This document shows, in pieces, positions 52,965-62,113 of a stretch of 64,000 nt of DNA; positions within the stretch are counted from its first letter, which is position 1, and each line of letters begins with the position of its first letter. Made by a program: the position numbers and the translations under genes. Origin of the DNA: Trueperaceae bacterium (lineage in GTDB: Bacteria > Deinococcota > Deinococci > Deinococcales > Trueperaceae); assembly GCA_965213925.1 (NCBI GenBank), contig OZ243927.1, forward strand, positions 2,208,001-2,272,000. Reading direction: 5' to 3'. The notes beneath the pieces were generated by a model. The model searched no databases and was not told the DNA's origin. It saw nothing but the letters and a program-made list of their open reading frames with translations.

Positions 52965-53000
52965 AGCGCTTAGCCTGCAACCGCGTGACGGCTAAGCGCT
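52965..53000. terminator. Hairpin downstream of the glutaredoxin gene
   Basis: AGCGCTTAGCC / GGCTAAGCGCT 11-bp stem. Confidence 0.55.
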
Positions 53001-53040
53001 TTTGACGCTGCTTCGGTGAGGACGCCTTGATAAACCCTAT

Positions 53041-53346
53041 TCAAGATGCGGTGACGAGCCTGTGGCGGCTTAGAAAGGCGTCGAGCTTGGCGCGGCTAAA
53101 GCCCGACATGCTCGACGCATCGCCCTTATAAACGAGCGTCGGCACGCTTCTGCGCCCGTTATTGACGCTCATGACGTAGTCGGCTGCGCCGTCCACCTGC
53201 TCGATGTTGATCTCTTCAAAGGGGACGTCCAGTTTTTTCAAGAAGGTCTTGGTGACCTGGCAGTCGCCGCACCACGAGGTCGTATACATCTGAACCTTGT
53301 CGGTCTGAGCGGTGTCGGTTTGAACGGTCGTCTGGGGGGTATTCAT
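53041..53346 (-). CDS. Glutaredoxin/NrdH/mycoredoxin-like protein
   Basis: YTTSWCGDC, NNGRRSVPT; ATG at 53346 with AGGAG. Confidence 0.88.
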   Translation of the reverse strand: MNTPQTTVQTDTAQTDKVQMYTTSWCGDCQVTKTFLKKLDVPFEEINIEQVDGAADYVMSVNNGRRSVPTLVYKGDASSMSGFSRAKLDAFLSRHRLVTAS

Positions 53347-53909
53347 GGGTTCTCCTAACGCAACCGCGCGCTGCACTAACTATAGCGCACTGACTACAAG
53401 TTGCACTGGCTACAATTTGTAGCACGCCGAGCGCGTCCGTGCGCTGATACTTTTCTCAGTTGAGGGCAAGCCGTTCGCTCGGTGTGAGGTAATTCGCACA
53501 GCTAGGGAGCGCGGTATGAAGTGTAAAGGGTAGCGTGAACAGCGGCGTTCACTACCAAAATTTATCACGCGCTCGCGTGCGGCTTGTGTTCTGGACGTCA
53601 TAACGCTGCGCGGTAGTCGCGTGAAGAGGTCCGGTCCAACTTTGGGCGGCGCACAGTCTATATCTGCGCGGCGGAATAGACGAACGGCACGCTCGCGTGC
53701 CGCTTTAGCGTGGTCGAGTGGTGGCGAAGTGTGAGCGAACGCCGGTCAGACTCGAGCCGAGTGAGCGCGCGCGGCTTGACCCCTACACGGTTAGATACGC
53801 TATAAAGAGGGCTCCAGCCCTCTCGAGGTCGCGCCGATGTGTGTGCTGACGCCACATAATGTAAGCTGTGTTCCGATAGCGTGAGATACTTAACTAAGGA
53901 GGTTTTACC

Positions 53910-55280
53910 GTGATTTACGCTGCTAAACGCATAGCTGTCGTCTGTTTCTTGGCGCTCGCACCCTTAGCCGCCGCGCAGACCATTGTCGAGATCGCACAGG
54001 ACACCCCGGAGCTGAGCACGCTCGTCGAGGCGCTAGGGGCGGCTGACCTCGTCGACACGCTCTCGGGCGAGGGTCCTTTTACGGTCTTCGCGCCGGTCGA
54101 TTCAGCCTTCGAGAAACTGCCGCAGGGACAACTCGACGCGCTCCTAGAGAACCCCGACGCGCTTCGCCAAATCCTCACCTACCACGTCGTGCCCGAGCGT
54201 TTCGAAACCTCGGACATCACAGCGGACATGACCGAGTTCGAAACGGTGCAGGGCAGCGCGCTGCCTATTACGCAGATCGGCGTCGGTCAGGCGGCGGTTA
54301 CGGCGGTCGACATCGAGGCGTCGAACGGTGTGGTCTATCTGATCGATTCTGTACTGACCCCGCCCGACTTCGAGATGACGGAGGGCAGCTCCGAGACCGG
54401 GGGAGATACTGGCGGCAGCATGGCGGGTAGCATGACAGGCGGCGAGAGCGGCTACATGAGTAACGCTACGCGCACCGTCCGCTACGCGGTGGACCCGCAA
54501 GAGGATAGCGGCGTCAGCGGCTCGGTCTTGATCGCTGAATACGACGCGCAAACCGTGGTCACGCTGTCACTCTCCGGCACGCCCGATGGGGGCACGCACC
54601 CCGCCGAGCTGCGCATGGGTGACTGCGGTGAAGAGGGGGAGGTCGTTCTCCCCCTCGAGAATGTGAACGGTGACACCGGTCTGAGCACGACCGTCACGGA
54701 CACCTCGTTCGACGCCATCACGGGCGACGACCACGCGCTCAACGTCTACCTCTCGCCCGACGACACCGAGAGCGCTGTGGCTTGCGGCGAGGTCGGCACG
54801 GGCGCGGAGGAACTATCGTCTATGAGCAGCATAAGTATTGACGATTTGAGCGTTGATATGTCGGGTGGCGATATGTCAAGTGATGATATGACGGGCGGGA
54901 TGAGCAGCGAAGAGCAGGGTCTTTTAGAAACCGTCTTTTATGAAATTTATCCGAACGAGGGTTATGAGGTCGGGGGCACTGTACAGGTCGTAGAGAACGT
55001 CGAGACGGGCGGCGCGAGGGTCGTCGTATCGCTGCAAAACACCTCCGAGGGAGACTTGCACCCTGCGCACTTCCACGCCGGTAGCTGCGGCGACGGCGGC
55101 GACATCATCGTGCCGTTAGAGAGCATCGACGGGGAGAGCGGCTCGAGCGTCACCGATACGGGCACCTCGTTCGAGGAGATCACCGCCTCGGACTTCTATA
55201 TCAACATCCACCTCTCACCCGACGAAATCAGCACCATCGTGGCGTGCGGTGAGGTCGGGCAAGGCGCGGGGGACCAGTAG
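53910..55280 (+). CDS. Secreted fasciclin (FAS1) protein with two CHRD-like domains and Met-rich linkers
   Basis: Signal peptide; FTVFAP, ILTYHVV, SNGVVYLIDSVL; repeats HPAELRMGDC..VACG and HPAHFHAGSC..YINIH..VACG. Confidence 0.85.
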   Translation: MIYAAKRIAVVCFLALAPLAAAQTIVEIAQDTPELSTLVEALGAADLVDTLSGEGPFTVFAPVDSAFEKLPQGQLDALLENPDALRQILTYHVVPERFETSDITADMTEFETVQGSALPITQIGVGQAAVTAVDIEASNGVVYLIDSVLTPPDFEMTEGSSETGGDTGGSMAGSMTGGESGYMSNATRTVRYAVDPQEDSGVSGSVLIAEYDAQTVVTLSLSGTPDGGTHPAELRMGDCGEEGEVVLPLENVNGDTGLSTTVTDTSFDAITGDDHALNVYLSPDDTESAVACGEVGTGAEELSSMSSISIDDLSVDMSGGDMSSDDMTGGMSSEEQGLLETVFYEIYPNEGYEVGGTVQVVENVETGGARVVVSLQNTSEGDLHPAHFHAGSCGDGGDIIVPLESIDGESGSSVTDTGTSFEEITASDFYINIHLSPDEISTIVACGEVGQGAGDQ

Positions 55281-55408
55281 CAAACCCATTTCATGAAGTG
55301 TTATCTCGGCGATAAGACTAGGCGTACGCGCCTAACTTCTGTTATATTTGCCACAGAGACACCACAGATTGGTTCAAGCAACGACCCCAGCCAACAGGAG
55401 GCAGAACT

Positions 55409-56182
55409 ATGAAACGCAACCCCTTACTCAACCTCTTTTTCAGCATCATGCTCGCTTTCACGCTCGTTAGCTTCGCGCAGGATACGGGCGGCGACATGGA
55501 GGACATGGACATGACGGGCGGGATGTCTGACATGACGGGCGGCGATATGACCGGCGGTGACATGACCGGCGGTATGGTCGACCCCAATATGTCGAGCGAG
55601 ATAGATGCGATGCTCGAGGACCTCATGCAGGACAGCAGCGCGACCGGTGGCGACATGACCGCGATGGACACCGCTTCGATGACCATCGCTGAAGTGGTCG
55701 CAGCCAACCCGGACTTCGGCATCTTGGCGCAGCTCGTCCAATCGGCCGGGCTCTTAGAAACGCTGAACGGCGAAGGTCCCTTCACCGTCTTCGCGCCGAG
55801 CGACAGCGCTTTCTTACCCTTCACGAATAATGAGATCGTCTCGCTCTTAGGCGACACCGACGCGCTCACCAACGTGCTGACCTATCACGTCGTCGACGGC
55901 GAGCTGCTGTCAGAGGACCTCATGGGCATGAGCAGCGTTACCACGCTGCAAGGCGAAGACCTCACCATAGGCGAAGGCATGGCGATGGGCGAGATGACCG
56001 GCGGTGAGATGACCAGTGATATGTCCAGCATGACGGGCGGCGAGATGACCGGCGGCATGAGCGGCGGCATGAGCAGCGGACCGAGCCTCATGGTCGGCAG
56101 CGCGAATGTCGTGACGGCGGACATTCAGACCGCCAACGGCGTTATCCACGTGATCGATTCGGTGCTCATGCCAGGCAACTAA
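55409..56182 (+). CDS. Secreted fasciclin (FAS1) protein with Met-rich DMTGG/EMTGG repeats
   Basis: Signal peptide; FTVFAP, VLTYHVV, NGVIHVIDSVL. Confidence 0.88.
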   Translation: MKRNPLLNLFFSIMLAFTLVSFAQDTGGDMEDMDMTGGMSDMTGGDMTGGDMTGGMVDPNMSSEIDAMLEDLMQDSSATGGDMTAMDTASMTIAEVVAANPDFGILAQLVQSAGLLETLNGEGPFTVFAPSDSAFLPFTNNEIVSLLGDTDALTNVLTYHVVDGELLSEDLMGMSSVTTLQGEDLTIGEGMAMGEMTGGEMTSDMSSMTGGEMTGGMSGGMSSGPSLMVGSANVVTADIQTANGVIHVIDSVLMPGN

Positions 56183-56195
56183 ACCCTTCTTCGCT

Positions 56196-56233
56196 ATCAA
56201 AAGAGCGACCTCGCATGAGGTCGCTCTTTTGAT
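56196..56233. terminator. Intrinsic terminator after the fasciclin genes
   Basis: ATCAAAAGAGCGACCTC-GCAT-GAGGTCGCTCTTTTGAT perfect inverted repeat. Confidence 0.85.
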
Positions 56234-56347
56234 TTGCGGGCTCGAGAACAATCCACTCGCCGCCGGTTAGCTGACCGGGTTGCCGTACCCGAAGGGCTTC
56301 TCCCGAAGGTGTGCGGAGCATAACGAAGTAAGCTTGCGCGTCCGCTT

Positions 56348-56376
56348 CGCAGATATCATCCCCAAGTGTGCGGACT
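56348..56376 (-). repeat. Repeat family 1 fragment F (core motif only)
   Basis: Reverse complement TAGTCCGCAC-N6-GATGATATCTGCG. Confidence 0.45.
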
Positions 56377-56493
56377 ATGCTCTTCAAACTGAGCGCAACG
56401 CTCTGGTCACAAGCCAAGTCTAAAAGGCTCACACCGCTGACGCCCCCTCAACTCGGCCTTCCTAAACACCTACACGACCGTTTAGCAGCCAAT

Positions 56494-56527
56494 AAAAAAG
56501 CTCCACAGTTAGGCTGCGGAGCTTTTT
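56494..56527 (-). terminator. Intrinsic terminator of the Wzc-like gene
   Basis: AAAAAAGCTCC...GGAGCTTTTT hairpin flanked by A/T runs. Confidence 0.75.
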
Positions 56528-56541
56528 CGAATTTAGTAGGT

Positions 56542-58101
56542 TTAGCGGGCGACGGCGCGGTCTGAGATGGAGGGGTACTCGCCGGGCGCGTCTACGGCGT
56601 CGTAGTCGTAGCGCGACGTTCTGCGGTTCATGTTGACGTGCGTGGCGACGATGCCTAAGAGGTTGACGCGACTTCTGTTAAGGAGATCGACGGCGTCGTT
56701 GACCTCTTGCGGGTCGGTGTCTTGCAGGCTCGCTACGAGCACGGTGCCCGTGCAGAGCGGCGCGATGGTCAAGGTGTCGGCGACGTCTAAGATGGGCGCG
56801 GAGTCGATGATGATGACGTCGTAGTCCTTGCGCCAACTTTCCAGGCAGTCCTGGAACCCTAAGCTGAGAAGTTCGGTGGGCGAGGGCGCGGCGCGGAAGG
56901 TCGGAATGATGTCTAGGCGCTGCGTCAAGTTGACCGAGACGTGGGCGGCTTCGTAGGAGTCGTGGGGGTTTTCCAGGTGCGCCCGCAGCGGCATGTGGCG
57001 CTTGTCGTCGAGGTTATACTCCTTGGCGATAATGGGACGGCGTAAGTCGGCGTCGACCAAGAGGGTGCGGTAGTCCGCGCGGGTGAAGCTCTCGGCTAAG
57101 CTGAGCGCCACGCTCGACTTGCCTTCGCCCGTCTCCGGGCTCGTCACCAGGATCACTTTAGGCTCCGCTTCGGCGGTGGCGAAAAGCAAGTTCGTGCGCA
57201 AGTAGCCCGAGGCTTCGCGGGGGAGTCGCCGCGCCTTTTTAGGCAGCTTGGGGAATTCGCCGAGGATGGGCAGGCCCGTGGCGGTCTCCAGGTCGCTGGC
57301 GCTGCGCAGTCTCGTGTCGAGCATGTTGCGTAAGAGGAGCAGCGCGTAGCCGAGCAAGAAGCCGAACACCGCCGCGAAAGCCGCGAACAGAACGGGGCGA
57401 GGTGCGATGGGACTAACGGGTACGGAAGCTGCCTGGACGATGATGAGGCGGCTCGCCGCCGTGCCGATAAGCGATTCCGCCTCGACGAGGCGCTCTTGTA
57501 AGCTGCTCTGCAGGTTGCTGAGCCGCTCGATTTCGTTCGCGGGCGCGCCGCTCGCTTGTGCTTCGCTGATCCGCGTGCCGAGGTTCGCGATCTGCTGGTC
57601 GATAGCCTCGACGCTGTCCGCTAGGTAGGCGCGGGCGCGGTTCTCGTCCCAGTTGATGAGCGAGCGGGCGAGCGCGTTTGCTTGGGCTGCGGCCGCTTCA
57701 CCTGTACCGCTCTCGACGATCGTCGTCACCGAGCTTGACTCGCGCGTTTCCTGTACGGCGACGTTCATGCGCTTGCGCAGGTCCCCGATGTCACTCTGGG
57801 TGATATTCTCAACGCCTAAAATCGCGAGCGCGTCCTGAATGACGGTGTCGCTGAGCGCCGCGAGTCGGTAACCCGAGACGCTAATTGGCGGCGCGGTAAC
57901 TCTAGGGATGCCGAATGAACTCCCGCTGATGTCGCCTGTGGGAGCGAGCACCGTCGCGTTCGCTTCGTAAACGGCGTCGCTGCGACTGGTTAAATAATAG
58001 ACGGTGGCGGCACCTGCGCTCGCGAGCAGGAGAGCGAGAAGTAAGCCGCGCCCCAAGAAGCGGAAGAGTTCCCCTATGGTTATGTTGATATCTTGCTGCA
58101 T
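56542..58101 (-). CDS. Polysaccharide co-polymerase / bacterial tyrosine autokinase (Wzc/CpsCD-like)
   Basis: Two TM segments, coiled coil, P..P..P motif, LRTNL, TSPETGEGKS, DADLRRP, DSAP, C-terminal tyrosines. Confidence 0.9.
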   Translation of the reverse strand: MQQDINITIGELFRFLGRGLLLALLLASAGAATVYYLTSRSDAVYEANATVLAPTGDISGSSFGIPRVTAPPISVSGYRLAALSDTVIQDALAILGVENITQSDIGDLRKRMNVAVQETRESSSVTTIVESGTGEAAAAQANALARSLINWDENRARAYLADSVEAIDQQIANLGTRISEAQASGAPANEIERLSNLQSSLQERLVEAESLIGTAASRLIIVQAASVPVSPIAPRPVLFAAFAAVFGFLLGYALLLLRNMLDTRLRSASDLETATGLPILGEFPKLPKKARRLPREASGYLRTNLLFATAEAEPKVILVTSPETGEGKSSVALSLAESFTRADYRTLLVDADLRRPIIAKEYNLDDKRHMPLRAHLENPHDSYEAAHVSVNLTQRLDIIPTFRAAPSPTELLSLGFQDCLESWRKDYDVIIIDSAPILDVADTLTIAPLCTGTVLVASLQDTDPQEVNDAVDLLNRSRVNLLGIVATHVNMNRRTSRYDYDAVDAPGEYPSISDRAVAR

Positions 58102-58245
58102 CTTTCACCTCAGTGGCGATCACGCCGTCGGCGCGTGATTCCTAAGTTATCTATCTATACCTGTTTAATGTGAGTGTTTCATCACCGCTGCTGACGTTGC
58201 CCGACGTTGTTATTCTGAACTGCGCCTATCCAGATGACCTACCGT

Positions 58246-58283
58246 TGTTCCAGAACCATTCAATTGTTCCAGAACCATTCAAT
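58246..58283. repeat. Perfect 19-bp tandem duplication
   Basis: TGTTCCAGAACCATTCAAT x2 upstream of the Wzc-like gene. Confidence 0.85.
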
Positions 58284-58455
58284 GTGAATCATCGCGGTTT
58301 TCGAAGCCCCTTAAAAAGCTCTCTAAAGCGTACTTTAGCAGATTCAAAGGCGGGGATAGCGGTACACCTCACACGCCGCGGTGCTCACCAAAAGTTCACA
58401 ATTAGGAGTAGGTCGGAGATAGGCTGCGCCGACGCGGACGCTTTCACCGCAGTAA

Positions 58456-58602
58456 CAGCAGTCCACGACATACTGAGACAAAGTGTCGCAGATATCATCA
58501 CTGAATGTACGTGGTAGACATCGCTTTATACGGTGAGCTTTATACGGTGAGAGTGTTTCAAATCAGCTCCGAACGCAGTAAGACAGACTTTGATACCTGC
58601 TG
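58456..58602 (-). mobile_element. Repeat family 1 copy G (with internal 14-bp duplication)
   Basis: Reverse complement AGCAGGTATCAAAGTCTGTCT ... GATGATATCTGCG ... TGTCTCAGTATGT ... ACTGCT; GCTTTATACGGTGA x2 at 58523-58550. Confidence 0.8.
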
Positions 58603-58621
58603 AAATAAGCGAACAAGGTGC

Positions 58622-59602
58622 TTAGCGTCCGAGGTGCCCGGTTTGCGACTCGAGCCACCCCCGCAGTTCTTGGGCTACCGCTCCGAATTCCACTTCGTCC
58701 TCGAAAGGATAGAGTTTCGCCCCTGGCTCCTTGCGAAACCACGTACGCTGGCGTTTGGCGTAGCGCGTTGTAGCGAGCGTCACAGCTTGCTCAGCCTCTC
58801 GTAAGGTGCAGCGACCTTCTAAGTAGGTAGTGACCTCTTTGTAGCCGATCGCTTGCGTGGCGGTCGGGCGCGCGGGATAGCAGTCCAGAAGGTCGCGCAC
58901 CTCTTCGGCAAGCCCGGCGCGGAACATGCGCTCCGTCCTGAGCGCGATGCGTTCGCCGAGTGCCTGGGCGTCGGGGAGTAAGATCGCTTTGTCGTAGCGA
59001 AAACGGGGCGTCGTATTGGCAAAGTTGCTGGGCGCGCGTCCGGTTCGCCGAAAGATTTCTAACGCGCGCACCACGCGGCGCGGATTTCTCTGCGCCCGCG
59101 CCGCGTCCTCCGGGCTAAGCGTTTGCAGTTCGTCCACAAGTCTCTCCAAGCCCTCACGCTCTAAACGCTTCCACAGTTCAGCCTGCACCTCCGCGTCGGC
59201 AGGAGGGACGGTGGGCAGACCTTCGGACAAGGCGCGTATGTAGAAGCCCGTCCCGCCTACAATCAGAGGGAGCTTGCCGCGCTCTAAAACATCGGCGATG
59301 ACCGTTTCTGCGTGCTTGACGTAATCCGCGACGCTAAAAGGTTCGTTCGGGTCTACGATGTCGATGAGGTGATGCGGCACGCCGCGCCGCTCGGCTAGCG
59401 TAGGTTTCGCCGTGCCGATGTCCATACCTCTATACACCATCATCGCGTCGGCGGAAACGACCTCGACCGGTGCGTTCTGGGCGAGCCGGAGCGCAAGGTC
59501 GCTCTTACCCGACGCAGTCGGACCTGCGAGGACGGGAACGGTGAGGTTGGGCACAGTGAGGTTGGGCACAGTGAGGTTGAGCACAGTGAGGTTGGGGGTC
59601 AT
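58622..59602 (-). CDS. miaA: tRNA dimethylallyltransferase
   Basis: GPTASGKS, DAMMVYRGMDIGTAKP, VGGTGFY, QAIGYKE, YAKRQRTWF. Confidence 0.96.
   Translation of the reverse strand: MTPNLTVLNLTVPNLTVPNLTVPVLAGPTASGKSDLALRLAQNAPVEVVSADAMMVYRGMDIGTAKPTLAERRGVPHHLIDIVDPNEPFSVADYVKHAETVIADVLERGKLPLIVGGTGFYIRALSEGLPTVPPADAEVQAELWKRLEREGLERLVDELQTLSPEDAARAQRNPRRVVRALEIFRRTGRAPSNFANTTPRFRYDKAILLPDAQALGERIALRTERMFRAGLAEEVRDLLDCYPARPTATQAIGYKEVTTYLEGRCTLREAEQAVTLATTRYAKRQRTWFRKEPGAKLYPFEDEVEFGAVAQELRGWLESQTGHLGR
59538..59597. repeat. 15-bp tandem repeat x4 at the miaA 5' end (TVPNL units)
   Basis: GTGAGGTTG(G/A)GCACA repeated. Confidence 0.9.
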
Positions 59603-59767
59603 CTCTTTTTACTCTATCGTGGCGGTGAGCGCGTAGGCGTTGCGGGGGAGGGTAGCGGAACGGGGGAATAGCGAAAAAGCCACCTCTTCTTACTTCCCTC
59701 TTTAACCCCGCGAACCGATATGTAAGCGCAACAAGCAGGCTGCGAGGCGCGTGCTAAACTCGCGGAC

Positions 59768-60163
59768 ATGGAGCCTGATAAGATGGAGCTTGACAAAAGC
59801 CACACCACGAGTAGCGATTTGCAGCACCTCCTCACCCTGCGCGAGCGCGTCGGCGAGCTGGTCAGTGAGCTAGAGGACGAAGCCACGATCAAAGTAGACC
59901 TCTTAGAGTTGGAGGACGCCTACCGTCTGGTCGCAGACCTCCCTGGTATCGCCCAAGATGACCTGGAGATTTCTATACAGGGGCGGTCCCTTACGATCGC
60001 CGGCGTCGTCCCGCCACGCGACGCCGACGCGCACCTTCTCGTCGGTGAGCGCGCTAGCGGATACCTCCAGCGCACCCTCGAGCTACCCGGAGAGGTCGCC
60101 GAAACGAAGAGCAACGCGCATTTAAGTCACGGCTTGCTCGTGCTGCATCTGCCTAAGCGCTGA
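59768..60163 (+). CDS. Hsp20/alpha-crystallin family small heat-shock protein
   Basis: ADLPG, LTIAG, ER.SG...R...LP, GLLVLHLPK. Confidence 0.85.
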   Translation: MEPDKMELDKSHTTSSDLQHLLTLRERVGELVSELEDEATIKVDLLELEDAYRLVADLPGIAQDDLEISIQGRSLTIAGVVPPRDADAHLLVGERASGYLQRTLELPGEVAETKSNAHLSHGLLVLHLPKR

Positions 60164-60171
60164 TCTGGTCC

Positions 60172-61140
60172 ATGACTGCCGGTCTCTACGCGCCTTTCCC
60201 GGTCGAGGTTCCCTACCGAACCGGACCTGTCATGAAGAGGTTGGGAGGAGTTGAGGGCGATTCGGGCGGTCTTTTCGTTGTGGACGAGGCGTACGGGCGC
60301 TACCTCGAGCAAAAACTCTCCCGCCTCGCTAGCCAGCCCGAACGCTACGGCGGTCTTTCGGTAGGACCGCACGGGGGTCTGGGCGACGCCCTTCTACACG
60401 TCTTTAGTCTTCTCGCGCGGGAACAGCCGAACTTACTGACGTTAGAGGCTGGAACGGTCCGGCTCGAGGCGTTGGGGCTCAGGCTCGAGCGAAATCAGCA
60501 GGATCACTGGAGAGTCGAAGCCATTCCTGATACCGACACACCTCTCGCGGCGTTGGGGCGGCGCGTCCAAGCTCACCTAGAAGCCCAATTTGATCTCACA
60601 GTCCTTATTCACGCACTCGCGCTGAGTCTCCAAGAGGACTTCGTCATCCTGCGAGACTTAGACGGCGAGGACGAGGCGGAGTGTCTCTGCGTAGTCTTTC
60701 CGAGCGACTGGAACCCGCAGGAGAAAGTCGGACAGAATTTTTCAGAGCTGCACAAACCTGTTGCGAATAACACCGCTCTGCTGAGGTCACACCGCCCGGT
60801 CATGAACGCGCTCTTTCACAAGGGACCGTTCGTGCGCTTCGTGTGGGGCTTGAGCGCGGACGGGCGTCTGGGGCAGCATCCGGCAGAGACACCTCGAGCC
60901 GTCACATGCTCGCCCGCTGCCCTCTTCTTCCGCACCGAGCGGCAAGTTAGTGTGCCGTTACCCGGCGGACGCTGCCTCTTCACTGTTCGCGTCGCGGTGC
61001 AACCGCTCAGCGACGCACTCTGCAACGAAGAACGGCGGCAGAGATTTGCTGCCGCGCTCGCATCTATGGATGACGAACTGTTGGCTTACAAGGGGCTGAG
61101 CGCGTGGCGTGACCCCTTGCTCGCTTTTTTGAGCGGCTGA
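60172..61140 (+). CDS. DUF3445 / heme-dependent oxidative N-demethylase alpha-subunit-like protein
   Basis: LQEDF, FPSDWNP.EK.G, LHKPV, RFVWG, RTERQ, FTVRV, YKG. Confidence 0.8.
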   Translation: MTAGLYAPFPVEVPYRTGPVMKRLGGVEGDSGGLFVVDEAYGRYLEQKLSRLASQPERYGGLSVGPHGGLGDALLHVFSLLAREQPNLLTLEAGTVRLEALGLRLERNQQDHWRVEAIPDTDTPLAALGRRVQAHLEAQFDLTVLIHALALSLQEDFVILRDLDGEDEAECLCVVFPSDWNPQEKVGQNFSELHKPVANNTALLRSHRPVMNALFHKGPFVRFVWGLSADGRLGQHPAETPRAVTCSPAALFFRTERQVSVPLPGGRCLFTVRVAVQPLSDALCNEERRQRFAAALASMDDELLAYKGLSAWRDPLLAFLSG

Positions 61141-61145
61141 GGGAA

Positions 61146-62108
61146 TTAGAAAGCGTCGTCCGGGTCCTCGAGCGGGTCGTCTGCGCCGATACCGTTCTCG
61201 TCGTCGTCCTCGTTACCGTCCTCGCCCAAATCTTCGCCCAGGTCCTCGCCGATATCCTGAGAGCCGCCCGTTACACCCGGCGCGCCGACATCGAGCGGCT
61301 GGGGCTCGGCGTCGCCCAAGTCGATGTCCAAAGACGCCCGCACGCTGCCCTCGCCGCGCACCACCACGTCGTTGCTGTCGAGGTCGTATTCGATGAGTTC
61401 GCCCGAGACCACGCCCTCTTCGTTGCGGCTCGTGGCGGGGCTGCCCGTGAGCACCGCGAAACCTGTTTCTTCGTCTAACTCGAGCCGCTCCGAGCGGCTG
61501 GTGCGCCCGTCCGACGCGACTTCGACGTTTCCTTGCAAGGTGGTGAGGTCGCTATCCACATTGAAGGCGAGGTCTCTCGAGCTGGCGGTCAAGGCAGGCG
61601 AGTCGCCCTCTTCGACTCGTTCCAAGTTGATGGGTCCGTCCATGTCACCGATGCCCGTCGCGTTGTTGTAAAAGAACGTTCTGCCCGTCGTCGTCGTGCG
61701 CCCTTCCGTTACCGTGATCGTCTCTTCGGTGCGTTGAACGTTCGTCGGACAGAGTGTCGCAGGGTCGAGTTCTAAGGAGCCGTCAAATAGCTCTAGCGTC
61801 TCTTCGTCTTCCGCCTCGTCGGGACGTCTGAGGAGCGCGACCGTCGAGACGATGCGGGTGTCGTTGACCACCGTCTCGACGAAGCCGGGCGGCGGCGCGT
61901 AGACGACGCCCAGACTCTGACCCTCCTCGCAGCCTGGGTTGCTCGGGATAAACTCCGCGCCCTGATCGCTCCTGCCGTTTTGAACGACGCGAATCTCGGT
62001 GTCGTTGCGGTCTATCGTGAGCTGGGAGCGCGTCAAGGGCGCGTCCTGGGCGAGCGCTAAGCCCAGAAGTCCGACGAAAAAGACCGAAAGACGGGTGTTC
62101 GCGCTCAT
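61146..62108 (-). CDS. LptA/OstA-like beta-jellyroll protein
   Basis: Signal peptide, beta-strand-rich, LQGNVEV, LTGSPA, GELIEYDL; acidic tail. Confidence 0.7.
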   Translation of the reverse strand: MSANTRLSVFFVGLLGLALAQDAPLTRSQLTIDRNDTEIRVVQNGRSDQGAEFIPSNPGCEEGQSLGVVYAPPPGFVETVVNDTRIVSTVALLRRPDEAEDEETLELFDGSLELDPATLCPTNVQRTEETITVTEGRTTTTGRTFFYNNATGIGDMDGPINLERVEEGDSPALTASSRDLAFNVDSDLTTLQGNVEVASDGRTSRSERLELDEETGFAVLTGSPATSRNEEGVVSGELIEYDLDSNDVVVRGEGSVRASLDIDLGDAEPQPLDVGAPGVTGGSQDIGEDLGEDLGEDGNEDDDENGIGADDPLEDPDDAF

Positions 62109-62113
62109 CTCTT

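Noticed and set aside
53380..53900. Long intergenic region with hairpin GGTAGCGTGAAC...GTTCACTACC as a riboswitch or ncRNA
   Set aside because: No recognisable aptamer motif; would need an Rfam search.
58246..58550. Direct repeats as a possible CRISPR array
   Set aside because: Only two adjacent copies each, no spacers, no cas genes.
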